From an uncultured delta proteobacterium (GTDB lineage: Bacteria; Myxococcota_A; Polyangia; Polyangiales; Polyangiaceae): DNA of 64,000 nt. Position 1 is the stretch's first letter, and each line of letters begins with the position of its first letter. Of the stretch, positions 22,512 through 32,636 are shown piece by piece. Location: the NCBI GenBank assembly GCA_963716725.1, contig CAVQUB010000011.1, positions 384,001 through 448,000 on the forward strand, given 5' to 3'. The position numbers were made by a program, and so were the translations under genes. Under the pieces are notes generated by a model. The model had not been told where the DNA came from and searched no databases. It saw only the letters and a program-made list of their open reading frames with translations.

Positions 22512-24245
22512 TAGTGCCGCGCGGCAGAAGTTTCGCTGGTTTCTTTTCCGTGTGCGTGTCGTCGGTGTGGTGGGGTGACATGATCGACTACAGCGCGTTC
22601 GCGGGCCGAGCGCACGGTGGTCGTCCGACGGTTCCGCTCGCGCTGAGGGCTGAAGAGCGCGCGCGGATTGAGGAGGCGTTGCGACCCGCCAGGGCGGAGC
22701 AGCGGCTGGTTCGTCGGGCGCAGGCCGTGTTGATGATGGCGGACGGAGTGCCTGCGACGGACATCGCCCGGCTCCTCGGGGTGCACGTGCGCACGGTGGA
22801 CGACTGGCGCAAGCGCTTCGACTGCGCGGCACCTAGCGAGAGACTGGCGGACGCCCCGCGCTCGGGACGGCCGCCCTCTCTCTCTCGGACACCGTAGCGG
22901 CTCGAGTAGAAGCAGAAGCGTGTCGACCGCCGAGCGACGTCGGCGTGCCCGTCACGCACTGGTCAGCGTCGTTGCTTGGCGTGCACGTTCGCGCGCAAGG
23001 AATTCAGATCAGCGACCGGTCGGTGGGCCGCATACTCAAGGATGCTGACCTGCAACCGCATCGGCAACAAATGTACCTGACTTCGCACGACGACGAGTTC
23101 AGGGGGAAGCGCGACGACGTGCTGCGCGTCTACTACGAGACGCCAAAGAAGGAGCACATCGTGTGCGTCGACGAGAAGACCGGCATCCAGGCGCTCGAAC
23201 GCCGCTACGCTGACATTCCGATGGTGGCCGGACAGCCCGTCCGCCGCGAATTCGAGTACGTCCGCCATGGCACGCTCTGCTGGATGGGAGCGCTCGATGT
23301 CCGCCGCGGCAAGCCGTTCGGCTTCATCTCGGACGGGCACGACAGCGACACCTTCGTCGAGCTACTCGACGTCATCGAGGCGGTCTACCCGCCGGGTCGT
23401 GGCCACATCATCATGGACAATCTCTCCGCCCACGACACGCCCGACGTGAACGAGTGGTTTGACGAGCACCCACGCTGGACGCGCCACTTCACGCCGAAGC
23501 ACGCGTCGTGGCTCAACCAGATCGAGTGCTGGTTCTCGATCCTCACGCGCCAACTTCTCGCACGAGGCTCGTTCACGTCAACCGACGACCTCGCGGCGAG
23601 GATCGACGCGTACGTCGCGTGGTATCTGCAGACCGACCGACCCTTTCGCTGGTCGTACCGCCCCGAGTCCTGGGCCGAATCCAGAAAAATCCCCTCACTT
23701 TCTGCGAAGAAAGCCGCAACTGTTTCGGAGTGAGGCCCGACCACACGGGGATGGCACAGGAAGGGCGAAAGCTCGGAAGATTTGGGGATGGGACGGACGA
23801 GGTGATCGGTGCGCTGATCGAGGTGCATCGGCATCTCGGTCCATGGCTGATGGAATCCGCATATGAGGCCTGTCTATCTGCCGAGCTGTCCGAACGACGG
23901 CTCAAGTTCGAGCGGCAGCGACCGCTACCAATCCGCTACAAAGGCGTACACCTTGACTGCGCCTATCGCCTCGACCTGGTCGCTTCCAGATCGTATCCTC
24001 CTGGAGCTCAAGGCGGTCGAGCGGCTGCTCCCGATTTACGAAGCGCAGGTCATCACCTATCTGCGCCTTTCGCGGTTGCCCGTCGGCCTGCTCGCCAACT
24101 TCAACGTGACCGCGCTCAGAAATGGCCTGCGGAGGCTAACGCCTGACCACCCCAAATCCTTCCGCTCTTCCGCCCTTCCTGTGAGAGCCCAAATGAGCGC
24201 AGGTCTCAGGGGCGAATCCACTCGAACTTCGGCCGCGCGGCACTA
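22512..24245 (+). mobile_element. IS630-family insertion sequence, both ends present
   Basis: Left CTAGTGCCGCGCGGCAGAAGTT (22511-22532) and right AACTTCGGCCGCGCGGCACTAG (24225-24246) are inverted repeats with 1 mismatch; TA within CTAG at both ends. Confidence 0.93.
22580..23733 (+). CDS. IS630 transposase in two frames (HTH part to 22897, DDE part to 23733)
   Basis: RRAQAVLMMADG...IARLLGV...DAPRSGRP; CVDEKTGIQALER, EYVRHGT, IMDNLSAH, FTPKHASWLNQIECWFS. Confidence 0.92.
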
Positions 24246-24246
24246 G
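23751..24246 (+). CDS. GxxExxY family protein (PD-(D/E)XK-like); frameshift near 23985, motif altered
   Basis: IGALIEVHRHLGPWLMESAYEACL, RLDLV, LLELKAVERLLPIYEAQVITYL, GLLANFN. Confidence 0.88.
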
Positions 24247-25844
24247 TTACACTTCGTGCGCGCGCCTTCGACGGTGTTCGTGATCGAGTTGAAGAACTGA
24301 CCACTCGAGGTGAATTTGCCAGTCGCATCGATGCACCAGACGTCCACGTCCGCGGGCGCCTCGCCCTTGGTCACGTCGAAGTCGAGGGGGCCGGACACAC
24401 CATCGTAGTCGATCTTGCCGTCGGGCTCGAGCAGCGCGCTGAAGGCGGCGTTCACCTCACTCGGGCCAGCGGGGATCTTCGCTCCGCCCACGCTGCGGGA
24501 CAGCCCCTGATTCATGGCCGCGCCGGTTGGACTCTGCTCGCTGGTGGCGACGAGCGCGTAGGCCGCGAGGTAGGTCGCGTCGTAGGCGTGCTCGGCGTAA
24601 GTGCCGGGGTCCTGGTTGGCGTTGAAGGCCTTGAAGCGCCCCTTGAACGCTTGGTATTGCGGCGTTTCGCGCCCCGGCGCCGTCCCGAACACGTTTGGCC
24701 GAAGCGTGCCCGCCGTGTCCAGCAACTGCTGGATCTTGCCGCCGTCGCTGAACAAATAGATGCGCTTGTCAGCGGCCGGATCCTGCTTCAAGCCCGCGAA
24801 CAGCCCCGTCACTGTCTCCGTGGTGCCAACCAGGAGCACGATCTGCGGAGCGTGCGCCGCAATGGCCTCGACCGTGGTGACGAAGTCCGTGGTGTCCGGC
24901 TTGTAGTCGATGCGTAGGAAGTTGTCGCCGTTGCCGTTGGCCGGGAGACCGTTGAACTTGATCAGCGCGCTAGCGGCGTTGGCGAGCCCCGTGCCGTAGG
25001 CGTCGCCGAGCACCGTCATCGCGACTTTGATGGGCGTACCGTTGGCAATGGCCTGATCGATCCGGATTTGCTTCTCGAACTCGGAGACCAGCGCCGCCAT
25101 CGGGATGGCCTGCAGCGCATCGCTGGGAGGAATGCGCCAAACCAGCCCGTTGTCACCGAGATCCGTGATGGCCGGGCTCGTGGCCGAGTACGAGAGCAAG
25201 AGCGATCCGGCCGGGATGGTGATCTTGGTCGCGATCTCGAGGGTGACGCTGCTGAAGGCCGGTCCGATCGACAGCGGGACCCGGACCTCTTGGGCCAGGT
25301 GTCTGGCGACCTTGCTCGGATCGGCGGAGTCGTCGCAAGCCAGGACTGCGATGCGACGGCGCTCGGTCGTACCCTTGACGGGGATGCCGACGGCGGTCTG
25401 CTCGAGCTCGTTGATCGCGAGCTGCACGCCTTGCCAGGCAGGGGTGCCGCTGGAGATGTCCGGCCCCGTGAGCGGCCCGATGAACCCGATCACGACCGTG
25501 TCGTCTTCGGCGAGCGCAGCGGCCGGGACCACCTCCGCGCACTCCGGGGTGGTGAGCTGCACACAGATCCGCCCCGGGCGCCGGCAGATGGCGGGGGCGC
25601 CGCCGAAGCGCGCGCTGCACTCTTGGTTGGTCTTGCAGTCGCCGAGGGCACACACCTTGTCGGCCGTGCACACCGCATCGGCAAACTCGGCACCTTTGGC
25701 GACGCAGTCTGCCGTCGTCTCGCACTGGGCGACATCGGTGTCGACCACCAGATTGCAGGAGCTGGAGGCACCACCGAACGCAAGGCCAAGGCCGGCGGCA
25801 AGGATGGCCCCACGCCATCGGATTCGTCGTTTGGTGCGCGGCAT
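24243..25844 (-). CDS. ABC-type (branched-chain amino acid-like) substrate-binding protein with Cys-rich N-terminus
   Basis: IGFIGPLTG, GVQLAINE, IGPAFSSVT, SATSPAITD, AYDATY, DYDGVSGPLDFD; stop TAG coincides with the IS target CTAG. Confidence 0.85.
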   Translation of the reverse strand: MPRTKRRIRWRGAILAAGLGLAFGGASSSCNLVVDTDVAQCETTADCVAKGAEFADAVCTADKVCALGDCKTNQECSARFGGAPAICRRPGRICVQLTTPECAEVVPAAALAEDDTVVIGFIGPLTGPDISSGTPAWQGVQLAINELEQTAVGIPVKGTTERRRIAVLACDDSADPSKVARHLAQEVRVPLSIGPAFSSVTLEIATKITIPAGSLLLSYSATSPAITDLGDNGLVWRIPPSDALQAIPMAALVSEFEKQIRIDQAIANGTPIKVAMTVLGDAYGTGLANAASALIKFNGLPANGNGDNFLRIDYKPDTTDFVTTVEAIAAHAPQIVLLVGTTETVTGLFAGLKQDPAADKRIYLFSDGGKIQQLLDTAGTLRPNVFGTAPGRETPQYQAFKGRFKAFNANQDPGTYAEHAYDATYLAAYALVATSEQSPTGAAMNQGLSRSVGGAKIPAGPSEVNAAFSALLEPDGKIDYDGVSGPLDFDVTKGEAPADVDVWCIDATGKFTSSGQFFNSITNTVEGARTKCN

Positions 25845-25883
25845 CCCCAGACGCTCGAACCGTAGCACGACTTCGCCGCCGGC

Positions 25884-26927
25884 CTAAACTCCGGGGGCGG
25901 CAGCGAGCGCTTGCGCGTCGAGCCCGAGCAAGCGCGCGGCGTTCTCGTGGAGCACCTTGGCGCGGAGCTCTTCGCGCCCCACCGTTGCGATCAGCAGCTT
26001 CGCCAGCGGAATGGCCTGGTGGTAGAAGGGCCAGTCGCTACCGAAGAGGACGCGGGACACGTCCGCGGTGTCCAGGATCTTGCGGACGTTGGTCAGCGAC
26101 TGACTCGAGGTCTCGAGATAGACGTTGGGGTGACGCTTCGCGATCTCGAGGGCCAGGTCCATCTGCAGCGCGCCGGAGTGACCAAGTACGAAGGTCGTCT
26201 CCGGGTTCTTCTCGATGGGCCGGAAGTAGTGCCGCACCTGTGAGAGGCGCCGGCCGAGCCGCGTCTCGATGTCGACGGGGCCGCAGTGGAACAACACCGG
26301 TAGGCGGTATTTCGCGCAGAGCGCGTAGAGCTTCATCGCCCGCGAATCACCCGGCAACACAGTCTGCACGGCTGGATGCATCTTGATGCCCCGCGCGCCG
26401 AGGCCGATCTGGCGGATCAGCTCGCGCTCCATGTTCGGCCGGTAGGGGTGGACCGAGCCGAACACGATCAGGTCGTCGTGCCCCTTGGCCGCCGAGAGCC
26501 ACTCTCCGGCGTTGTCGCTCAGCACCGGAAAGTCGATGGCAAGGAGCACGGAGCGCGCGACACGGAGCCCGCGCATCTCCCGCTCGAGGTTGGGAATGGT
26601 GTGCGTCTTGCGCATACCGCCCCCGGTCAGGCTGCCCAGGGCGAGGTCGCGACCGAGACGCTTCATATCCGCCTTGGAGAAGTTGCGGTTCGCGTACACG
26701 TCGAGGTCGAGCTGCCGCTCGACGGGCAAGTAGTGCTGGGTCTCGGCGTGCTCTTGCCCGAGGTCGACGCTCCGCCGCACCACGAAGGAGAGAGCCAAGT
26801 GCGTGTGTACGTCGATGGCTGGTCCCACGCTGTCGTCCACGAGCACGAGCTCCCGCCCGCGGCGCTCGAACCATGGCAGGCGGTCGAGGTCGAGAGTGCT
26901 GTCGAATCGGCTTGGGAATTCCGCCAT
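25884..26927 (-). CDS. Amidohydrolase family protein
   Basis: IDVHTH, GIKMHP, PVLFHCG, VLGHSG, VLFGSDWPF. Confidence 0.9.
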   Translation of the reverse strand: MAEFPSRFDSTLDLDRLPWFERRGRELVLVDDSVGPAIDVHTHLALSFVVRRSVDLGQEHAETQHYLPVERQLDLDVYANRNFSKADMKRLGRDLALGSLTGGGMRKTHTIPNLEREMRGLRVARSVLLAIDFPVLSDNAGEWLSAAKGHDDLIVFGSVHPYRPNMERELIRQIGLGARGIKMHPAVQTVLPGDSRAMKLYALCAKYRLPVLFHCGPVDIETRLGRRLSQVRHYFRPIEKNPETTFVLGHSGALQMDLALEIAKRHPNVYLETSSQSLTNVRKILDTADVSRVLFGSDWPFYHQAIPLAKLLIATVGREELRAKVLHENAARLLGLDAQALAAAPGV

Positions 26928-26972
26928 TGGTTGAGGCTAGTCGCATCGACGGCGCGGTGCTAACCGAGCTTC

Positions 26973-28667
26973 ATGTCCACCGAGATCGAGCGTGGCCGCG
27001 ACGCGCTGCTCGCCTGGGAAGCGAGCAAGCCCACCAACTACTTTTCCTGGGACGGGAACCTCGCTCGCGTCCTCGAGTTGCGCTTGGGCGCAGATAGATT
27101 CCGGGAAGAGCGACAGCGGCTCAGCCAAGCAGGCGAGGCCGTGGCGACTCGCCTGCGCACCCTGGCCGTCGAGACGAATCACGACGCCAACCTGCCCAGG
27201 CTCGAGCGCTTCGACGGACTCGGCGTGCTCCGCGAGCAAGTGGTCTTTCACCCCAGCTACCACGACGCGGGACGGCTGATCTGGCAGACGGGCGTGCTCA
27301 GCGAGTACTCGAGGCCAGGCAACGAGACCCTGCAGATGGCCCTGCTCTACCTCTTCGCACAGGTGGGCGAGTCCGGGCACCTGTGCCCGCTGGCCTGTAC
27401 CGCCGGCATGATCAAGAGCATCCAGGAGCTCGGCACCGACGAGCAGAAGAAGAAGTATCTGCCCGGGCTCTATGAGCGCGACTACGACCGCAGGATCCAC
27501 GCTTCTCAGTTCTTGACGGAGATCCAGGGTGGCTCCGACGTCGGTCTCAACGCGGTGGTCGCGCGGGCCGAAGACGGGGGCTACCGCCTGTACGGCGAGA
27601 AGTGGTTCTGCAGCGTGATCGACGCTCGCCTCTTCTTGATGACTGCGCGACCCGAGGGCGCTCCCTCGGGCACCCGTGGACTGGGCTTGTTCATCGTGCC
27701 ACGGGAGGTGGACGGCGCCGTCAATCGCTTCTCCGTTCGACGGCTCAAGCAGAAGCTCGGCACCCGCGCCATGGCCAGCGGCGAGGCCGATTTCGAAGGA
27801 GCATGGGCCGAGCCCATCGGCGCCCTCGATCGCGGCTTCAAGAACGTCGTATCGATCGTGCTGAACACCTCGCGGCTCTACAACGCGGTGTGCTGCTCGG
27901 GCGCCATCACGGGCGCGTACCGCGAGGCGGCCACCTTCGCCCGCCACCGGCGAGCCTTCGGCGAAGCCATCGCCAGCTTCCCCCTCGTGGGGCAGGCACT
28001 CGCCGAGCTCCGGGCCGAAGCTCTGGCGTCGCTCTCGGGCTGCCTGCGCATCGCGGCTCAGGCGGACCGGATGCTGGTCCAAGGCGCCAGCGACGAAGAG
28101 CGGCTCGCGTGGCGTATCGCCGTGAACGTGAACAAGTACTGGACAGCCGTGCGCAACACGCAGTCCGCACAGCGTGCCATCGAGGTCCTCGGCGGCAATG
28201 GCACCATCGAGACCTTCTCACCGCTGGTTCAGCTCTACCGCGACTCGATGGTGCTCGAGAGCTGGGAGGGCTCGCACAACGTGCTGGTGCAGCAGGTGCT
28301 CCGCGACTCCGCGCGCTACGGCGCACACCTCGCCTTCCAGAAGGAGCTGGGCGAGGCCCTGAAGAAGGCCGCGGTCGCGCCGGACGATCGCCCGTTGGTA
28401 GAGCGCGCCCAGCAAGGGCTGCTGGCGCTGGGTCGCGGATTCGAACGCCTGGGTGCGGGTGAGGGCGACCAGCGCTTCGGACGCCTGCTCGTGGACCAAG
28501 CCGCGGTGCTGATCCAGATCGTGGGCATGCTCGAGGAGTTGGCTGCCCACCCTGGGGACGCCCAGAAGCGGGCGGCCATCGCCCTCACGCAGGAGCGCTT
28601 CCTGAAGACCGAGCTCTGCCCGCCCGGCCCTCTCGCCGATGCGCTGCTCGGGCCGCCGGAACTCTGA
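26973..28667 (+). CDS. Acyl-CoA dehydrogenase family protein (AidB-like)
   Basis: FLTEIQGGSDV, LYGEKWFCS, RRLKQKLGTRAMASGE, EVLGGNG, SWEGSHNV. Confidence 0.9.
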   Translation: MSTEIERGRDALLAWEASKPTNYFSWDGNLARVLELRLGADRFREERQRLSQAGEAVATRLRTLAVETNHDANLPRLERFDGLGVLREQVVFHPSYHDAGRLIWQTGVLSEYSRPGNETLQMALLYLFAQVGESGHLCPLACTAGMIKSIQELGTDEQKKKYLPGLYERDYDRRIHASQFLTEIQGGSDVGLNAVVARAEDGGYRLYGEKWFCSVIDARLFLMTARPEGAPSGTRGLGLFIVPREVDGAVNRFSVRRLKQKLGTRAMASGEADFEGAWAEPIGALDRGFKNVVSIVLNTSRLYNAVCCSGAITGAYREAATFARHRRAFGEAIASFPLVGQALAELRAEALASLSGCLRIAAQADRMLVQGASDEERLAWRIAVNVNKYWTAVRNTQSAQRAIEVLGGNGTIETFSPLVQLYRDSMVLESWEGSHNVLVQQVLRDSARYGAHLAFQKELGEALKKAAVAPDDRPLVERAQQGLLALGRGFERLGAGEGDQRFGRLLVDQAAVLIQIVGMLEELAAHPGDAQKRAAIALTQERFLKTELCPPGPLADALLGPPEL

Positions 28668-28743
28668 GGCGAATCAGCCCTGATCATCGGTGCAGCAGCC
28701 CGGAAGCGGCCCCGGGACACGACCGGGGCTACGATGGGCGCCC

Positions 28744-30465
28744 ATGAAGGTCCGCGCCACCGCGGTGGCAGCCGAACGCGCCAACGCCATTGGCACCGTC
28801 GAGCTCGAGTGCACTCCGCACGGGCTGTCGGTCGCCTATTTGGGCGTCGGCGCGTTCCAAGAGGACTACGCGCCCGCCGCCCTGACCACGGGCACGCGCA
28901 TCACGGTGCCGTGGGCGAAGGTCGAAGCCGCGCGCGTCGAGGGTGACCAGGTCTTTCTCGCGGTCGACGCCGAGCTGACACCGCACTCGCGACTCGTGCT
29001 CACGAATTTCTCGACGGGCGACTACGCCCACCACCGCGAGGTGCACAAGCAGCGGCTGGTGATCTGGCTCGGTGCGGGGGCGGGCGCGATCGTCGTCTCC
29101 ATGGTCTCGGCGCTGACGCTGCCGCGGCTCGCGCCGCAGACGGGCGCCGGCGCGGTGCTGGCCATCGGCGGTCTGGCCGCGCTGGCCATCGTCTGCGTCG
29201 GGCTGTTGGCCGATCGACAAATTGGTCGCTCGGGACTCGACGGGGACGCCGCTCGCGAGGCGTTTGCCGCCGAGCTCTCTCGGCACTTACCCCACTTGAT
29301 CCGCCTGCCGACCCGCCCCGCCCCGCCCGAGCGGCCCTTCAAGTGGCCGGCGTTCGAGGGCTGGTTGCCACGCACGACCGCCGCCGTCGTGATCACGCTC
29401 ACCGCCAGCTTGCTGGGCGCGGTGCTCACGGCGCGCTGGCTCCTCAGCCCATCCCGCGACTCTCGATCCCTCGTGGCCGCCTCGACCGCCGATCCGGAAC
29501 CTCTAGCGCCACCGGCCGAAGAACCAAGGAACGTCGCGCCGCCATCGCTGCGCGAATCGGGAAGTCCGAGCGCCGGCCCCGATCGCGCCTCGGCCCCGAA
29601 CACGAAGCTCGAGGGGCGCTGCAGTTGCACTCGAGCGAGCTCGCTGCTCTGGAACGCGCCGATCCCGAAGCTGGGTGTGCTCGTGCTCGGGCGCAAGCTG
29701 GTGACCGGACCCGTGCGCAAGCGCCTCGAAGTCGAGATCGCTGCGGTCAACAACGGGGAGCAGGAGCTGCGGGAAATCGCCATGTCTTTGACCTTCTTCG
29801 AGGTCGACCCGCCGCCCTCGAACAAGCGCTATCCCGTCGCCAATCGCGCGGTGTACTTCGAAGGCCCCTTGACGCCGGGACAGGCCATCAAGTGGAGCGT
29901 CGAAGCCCGTGGAAGCGCCTTCGAGGTCGACCGCCCGCTCCATGGCGACATCGGACCCGCGGGCGAGGGAGCCGCTCCCACCAACCTGATCGCCGAACTG
30001 TTGAACGCAAACCACCGCCCGGTGCGCCTTCACGGCGCCATGCTGCTCGGCTACCTCGGGGACCCGCGCGCCAAAGAGGCCACGCTCCGCCTGAAGGAAT
30101 CGATGCGCGACGATGAGTCCACCTACCTCGACCGCCTACTTCGCACGCTGTCGGACGTGAAGACGTGTCACTTGCGCGTGACCGGTGACGGCCCGGAGCA
30201 ATCCGTCGAGGCCTGCGTGTTCAACGCCGGAAACGAGCCTCGCGAGAAGCTCGCGATTCGGTTGCGCGCCCTCGATTCGGTGCCCAATCCCACGGAGCCG
30301 AGCGAGGCTCCGCCGAACGTCGTGTCGGAGGCGACCTTTGCGCTGGGCAGCGAGCTTCCCCCCCAGTCGGGAGTGACGGCGCGGGTGAAGCTCGACGTCT
30401 CGAAGGCCAGCAGCCAACCGGTGGCCTTCGAAGCCTTTGCCGATCGCGAAGACCTGCTGCCCTGA
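28744..30465 (+). CDS. Hypothetical membrane protein
   Basis: Long ORF with host codon bias and three hydrophobic segments; no recognisable motif. Confidence 0.7.
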   Translation: MKVRATAVAAERANAIGTVELECTPHGLSVAYLGVGAFQEDYAPAALTTGTRITVPWAKVEAARVEGDQVFLAVDAELTPHSRLVLTNFSTGDYAHHREVHKQRLVIWLGAGAGAIVVSMVSALTLPRLAPQTGAGAVLAIGGLAALAIVCVGLLADRQIGRSGLDGDAAREAFAAELSRHLPHLIRLPTRPAPPERPFKWPAFEGWLPRTTAAVVITLTASLLGAVLTARWLLSPSRDSRSLVAASTADPEPLAPPAEEPRNVAPPSLRESGSPSAGPDRASAPNTKLEGRCSCTRASSLLWNAPIPKLGVLVLGRKLVTGPVRKRLEVEIAAVNNGEQELREIAMSLTFFEVDPPPSNKRYPVANRAVYFEGPLTPGQAIKWSVEARGSAFEVDRPLHGDIGPAGEGAAPTNLIAELLNANHRPVRLHGAMLLGYLGDPRAKEATLRLKESMRDDESTYLDRLLRTLSDVKTCHLRVTGDGPEQSVEACVFNAGNEPREKLAIRLRALDSVPNPTEPSEAPPNVVSEATFALGSELPPQSGVTARVKLDVSKASSQPVAFEAFADREDLLP

Positions 30466-30470
30466 CGCCC

Positions 30471-32033
30471 TCAGGGCCTGACCACCACCACCGTGCCTCG
30501 GTCCTTGTTCAGCACTCCGTGCCACTCGGCCGGTACGGAAGGATCGGTCCACTCGAAGAGCCATGCGCTGTCGATGGGCGAAAGGTTGACGCAGCCGTGG
30601 CTTCGGACCTTGCCGAACTCGTCGTGCCAGTAGGTGCCGTGCAGCGCGTAACCCTTGTGGAAGTACTGCACGAAGGGCACGTCGAGGAGCGCGAAGCTGT
30701 CGCTTTTGTCCTCTTCGCCGTCCATGGTCGCCGTGACGTGCTTCTGGTAAACCATGAAGGTCCCGCGCACGGTGGCGTGCACCTTCTCCGGATCTCCGAG
30801 CCCCCCGCGCCCAGTGCTGACCAGCGTCGCGTACACGGGCTTCGTGCCCATGTAGGCCACCAGGGACTGCGCGCGGATCGAGATGTCGACCCACTTGCGC
30901 GTGCCCGTGGCAAAGCTGGGAAAGGAGTCGCGGACCGGCAGGATCCTCGCGCCCTCGGCCGCCATCCAGAAGCCGTCCCGCGTCTCGTGGAAGGTGCCGC
31001 CGCCGCCGCGGGTCTGGCCCGTGAGCTTCACGCCTTCGCGGTGACGATAGCTGCCGTCCGCTGCGAGCTGACCTGCCCCGTTCAACTTGTAGCGCTGGGC
31101 GAAGTGACTCTCGATGAATGCCACAGGAAGGGTCTCCCCTTCCCCGAGCTCGACGCCACGAAAGGCGCTCGGGCGCACGACCTTGGTACGGTCGAGCGCG
31201 ATGATGTCCAGCTCGGTGGTCAGCCCCCAGACGCGCCCCTCGTGACTGAACACGCGGGCCATGGCGAACCCCGAACCGGTCGACGCTCGGCCGGCGTGCA
31301 CCGAGAAATGCAGCTTCCGCTCGACACCGTAGGGTTTCTCGAGCGGCCGACTCTCGCTCAAGAACTCCGGCGGAGGCCCGGGATCCCCGAGCACCTTGGA
31401 CAACCCGTTGATCGACATCGCAGCGCGGTAGCGCGCGGCGGTCGCGAGGGCGCCGTCGCCTTCCACCTTCTCGATCTCGTCTTTCTTGGCGAGGCGGAAA
31501 TAGAGCAGCGGCGGCTGCTCGGTGGACATCGAGTACACATAGGGAAGTCCGTGCCCTCGCACGGGGCGGGCGCTCGACGCAACGACGACCGAGTGCGTGA
31601 GGTCCTGCGTCGCGCCCTTGCCCACGCAGACGAAACCCCGAGGGTTGACGCGGTACCAACCGCCCTCGCAACCGTCGTTGACCAGAGCGGGAGCGCGGGC
31701 GTCGACCAACTGGCCCGCCCGCAGGTACCCGTAGCGCGTGCGATCTCGCCCGGTGTCCGTGTAGACCCAATTGCGCCAGGCAATGCTCGCGATCTTGGTG
31801 CCATCGGGGCTGAAGGGCAGGTTGTCTTCAATCGACCCCGGCGTCGGAATGTCCGGCCCCGGCCCCGGCCCCGCGCTGGCGCCCGGCGCTGCGCTCGAGG
31901 CCGCGCTGACCAGCGCCGACGAAGCCGCGGGCTCGGCGCTCGCCCCGGGGGGCTCCGCCCGCTTGGGACAGCCGGTGGCGAGCAACGCGCACGCGAGCGC
32001 GACGAGGGCCGAGGTTGAGGCACGAGAAGGCAT
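30471..32033 (-). CDS. L,D-transpeptidase family lipoprotein
   Basis: Lipobox ATGC; ALHGTYWHDEFGKVRSHGCVN; paralogous to 15522..16985. Confidence 0.9.
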   Translation of the reverse strand: MPSRASTSALVALACALLATGCPKRAEPPGASAEPAASSALVSAASSAAPGASAGPGPGPDIPTPGSIEDNLPFSPDGTKIASIAWRNWVYTDTGRDRTRYGYLRAGQLVDARAPALVNDGCEGGWYRVNPRGFVCVGKGATQDLTHSVVVASSARPVRGHGLPYVYSMSTEQPPLLYFRLAKKDEIEKVEGDGALATAARYRAAMSINGLSKVLGDPGPPPEFLSESRPLEKPYGVERKLHFSVHAGRASTGSGFAMARVFSHEGRVWGLTTELDIIALDRTKVVRPSAFRGVELGEGETLPVAFIESHFAQRYKLNGAGQLAADGSYRHREGVKLTGQTRGGGGTFHETRDGFWMAAEGARILPVRDSFPSFATGTRKWVDISIRAQSLVAYMGTKPVYATLVSTGRGGLGDPEKVHATVRGTFMVYQKHVTATMDGEEDKSDSFALLDVPFVQYFHKGYALHGTYWHDEFGKVRSHGCVNLSPIDSAWLFEWTDPSVPAEWHGVLNKDRGTVVVVRP

Positions 32034-32055
32034 GGCCGCGAGCGCCTCGCCTAGC

Positions 32056-32589
32056 ATGAATCCGGACGAGTCGGTGAACTCGGCGCCTGGTCTCCGCGGT
32101 GGAAACGTGATTTCATCTTCGCGCGTGCGTATTCCGAGAGGCGTTTGGACCGTGGTCAAGGAGGTCGCGCGCCACGTCTTGCGCCGGCCGGTGACGGGGA
32201 TCGCCGCCGCGGCGCGGACCGCGGACGGACGCTGGCTCTTGATCCGTCGCACGGACACCGGCGAGTGGGCGCTGCCGGGAGGCACACTGGAATGGGGCGA
32301 GCGCTTGCGCGACGCCATCGTTCGGGAGCTCGGGGAGGAGGCCGGCGTGGACGTCGTCGACCTCGGGCAGGTCGCAGGTGTGTACTCGGATCCCGATCGA
32401 GACTTGCGCTTCCACGCGGTGACCATCGTCGTCCATGCGCTCGTCACCGAACCGTCGCGCCCACCGATGAACCCGATGGAGGTGAGCGAGGTTGCGTTGT
32501 TCGAGACCGCCGATCTGCCGCAGTCACTGGCTCACGGCATGACGCGCATGCTCCAGGACGCCGCCGCCGGGGAGCCGACCTGGGAGTGA
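32056..32589 (+). CDS. NUDIX hydrolase (start approximate)
   Basis: Nudix box WALPGGTLEWGERLRDAIVRELGEEAGV. Confidence 0.9.
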   Translation: MNPDESVNSAPGLRGGNVISSSRVRIPRGVWTVVKEVARHVLRRPVTGIAAAARTADGRWLLIRRTDTGEWALPGGTLEWGERLRDAIVRELGEEAGVDVVDLGQVAGVYSDPDRDLRFHAVTIVVHALVTEPSRPPMNPMEVSEVALFETADLPQSLAHGMTRMLQDAAAGEPTWE

Positions 32590-32636
32590 CCTCGAGCCCC
32601 TACCCGCCGCGCTCGACCCGTGGCAGGGTTTCGTCC

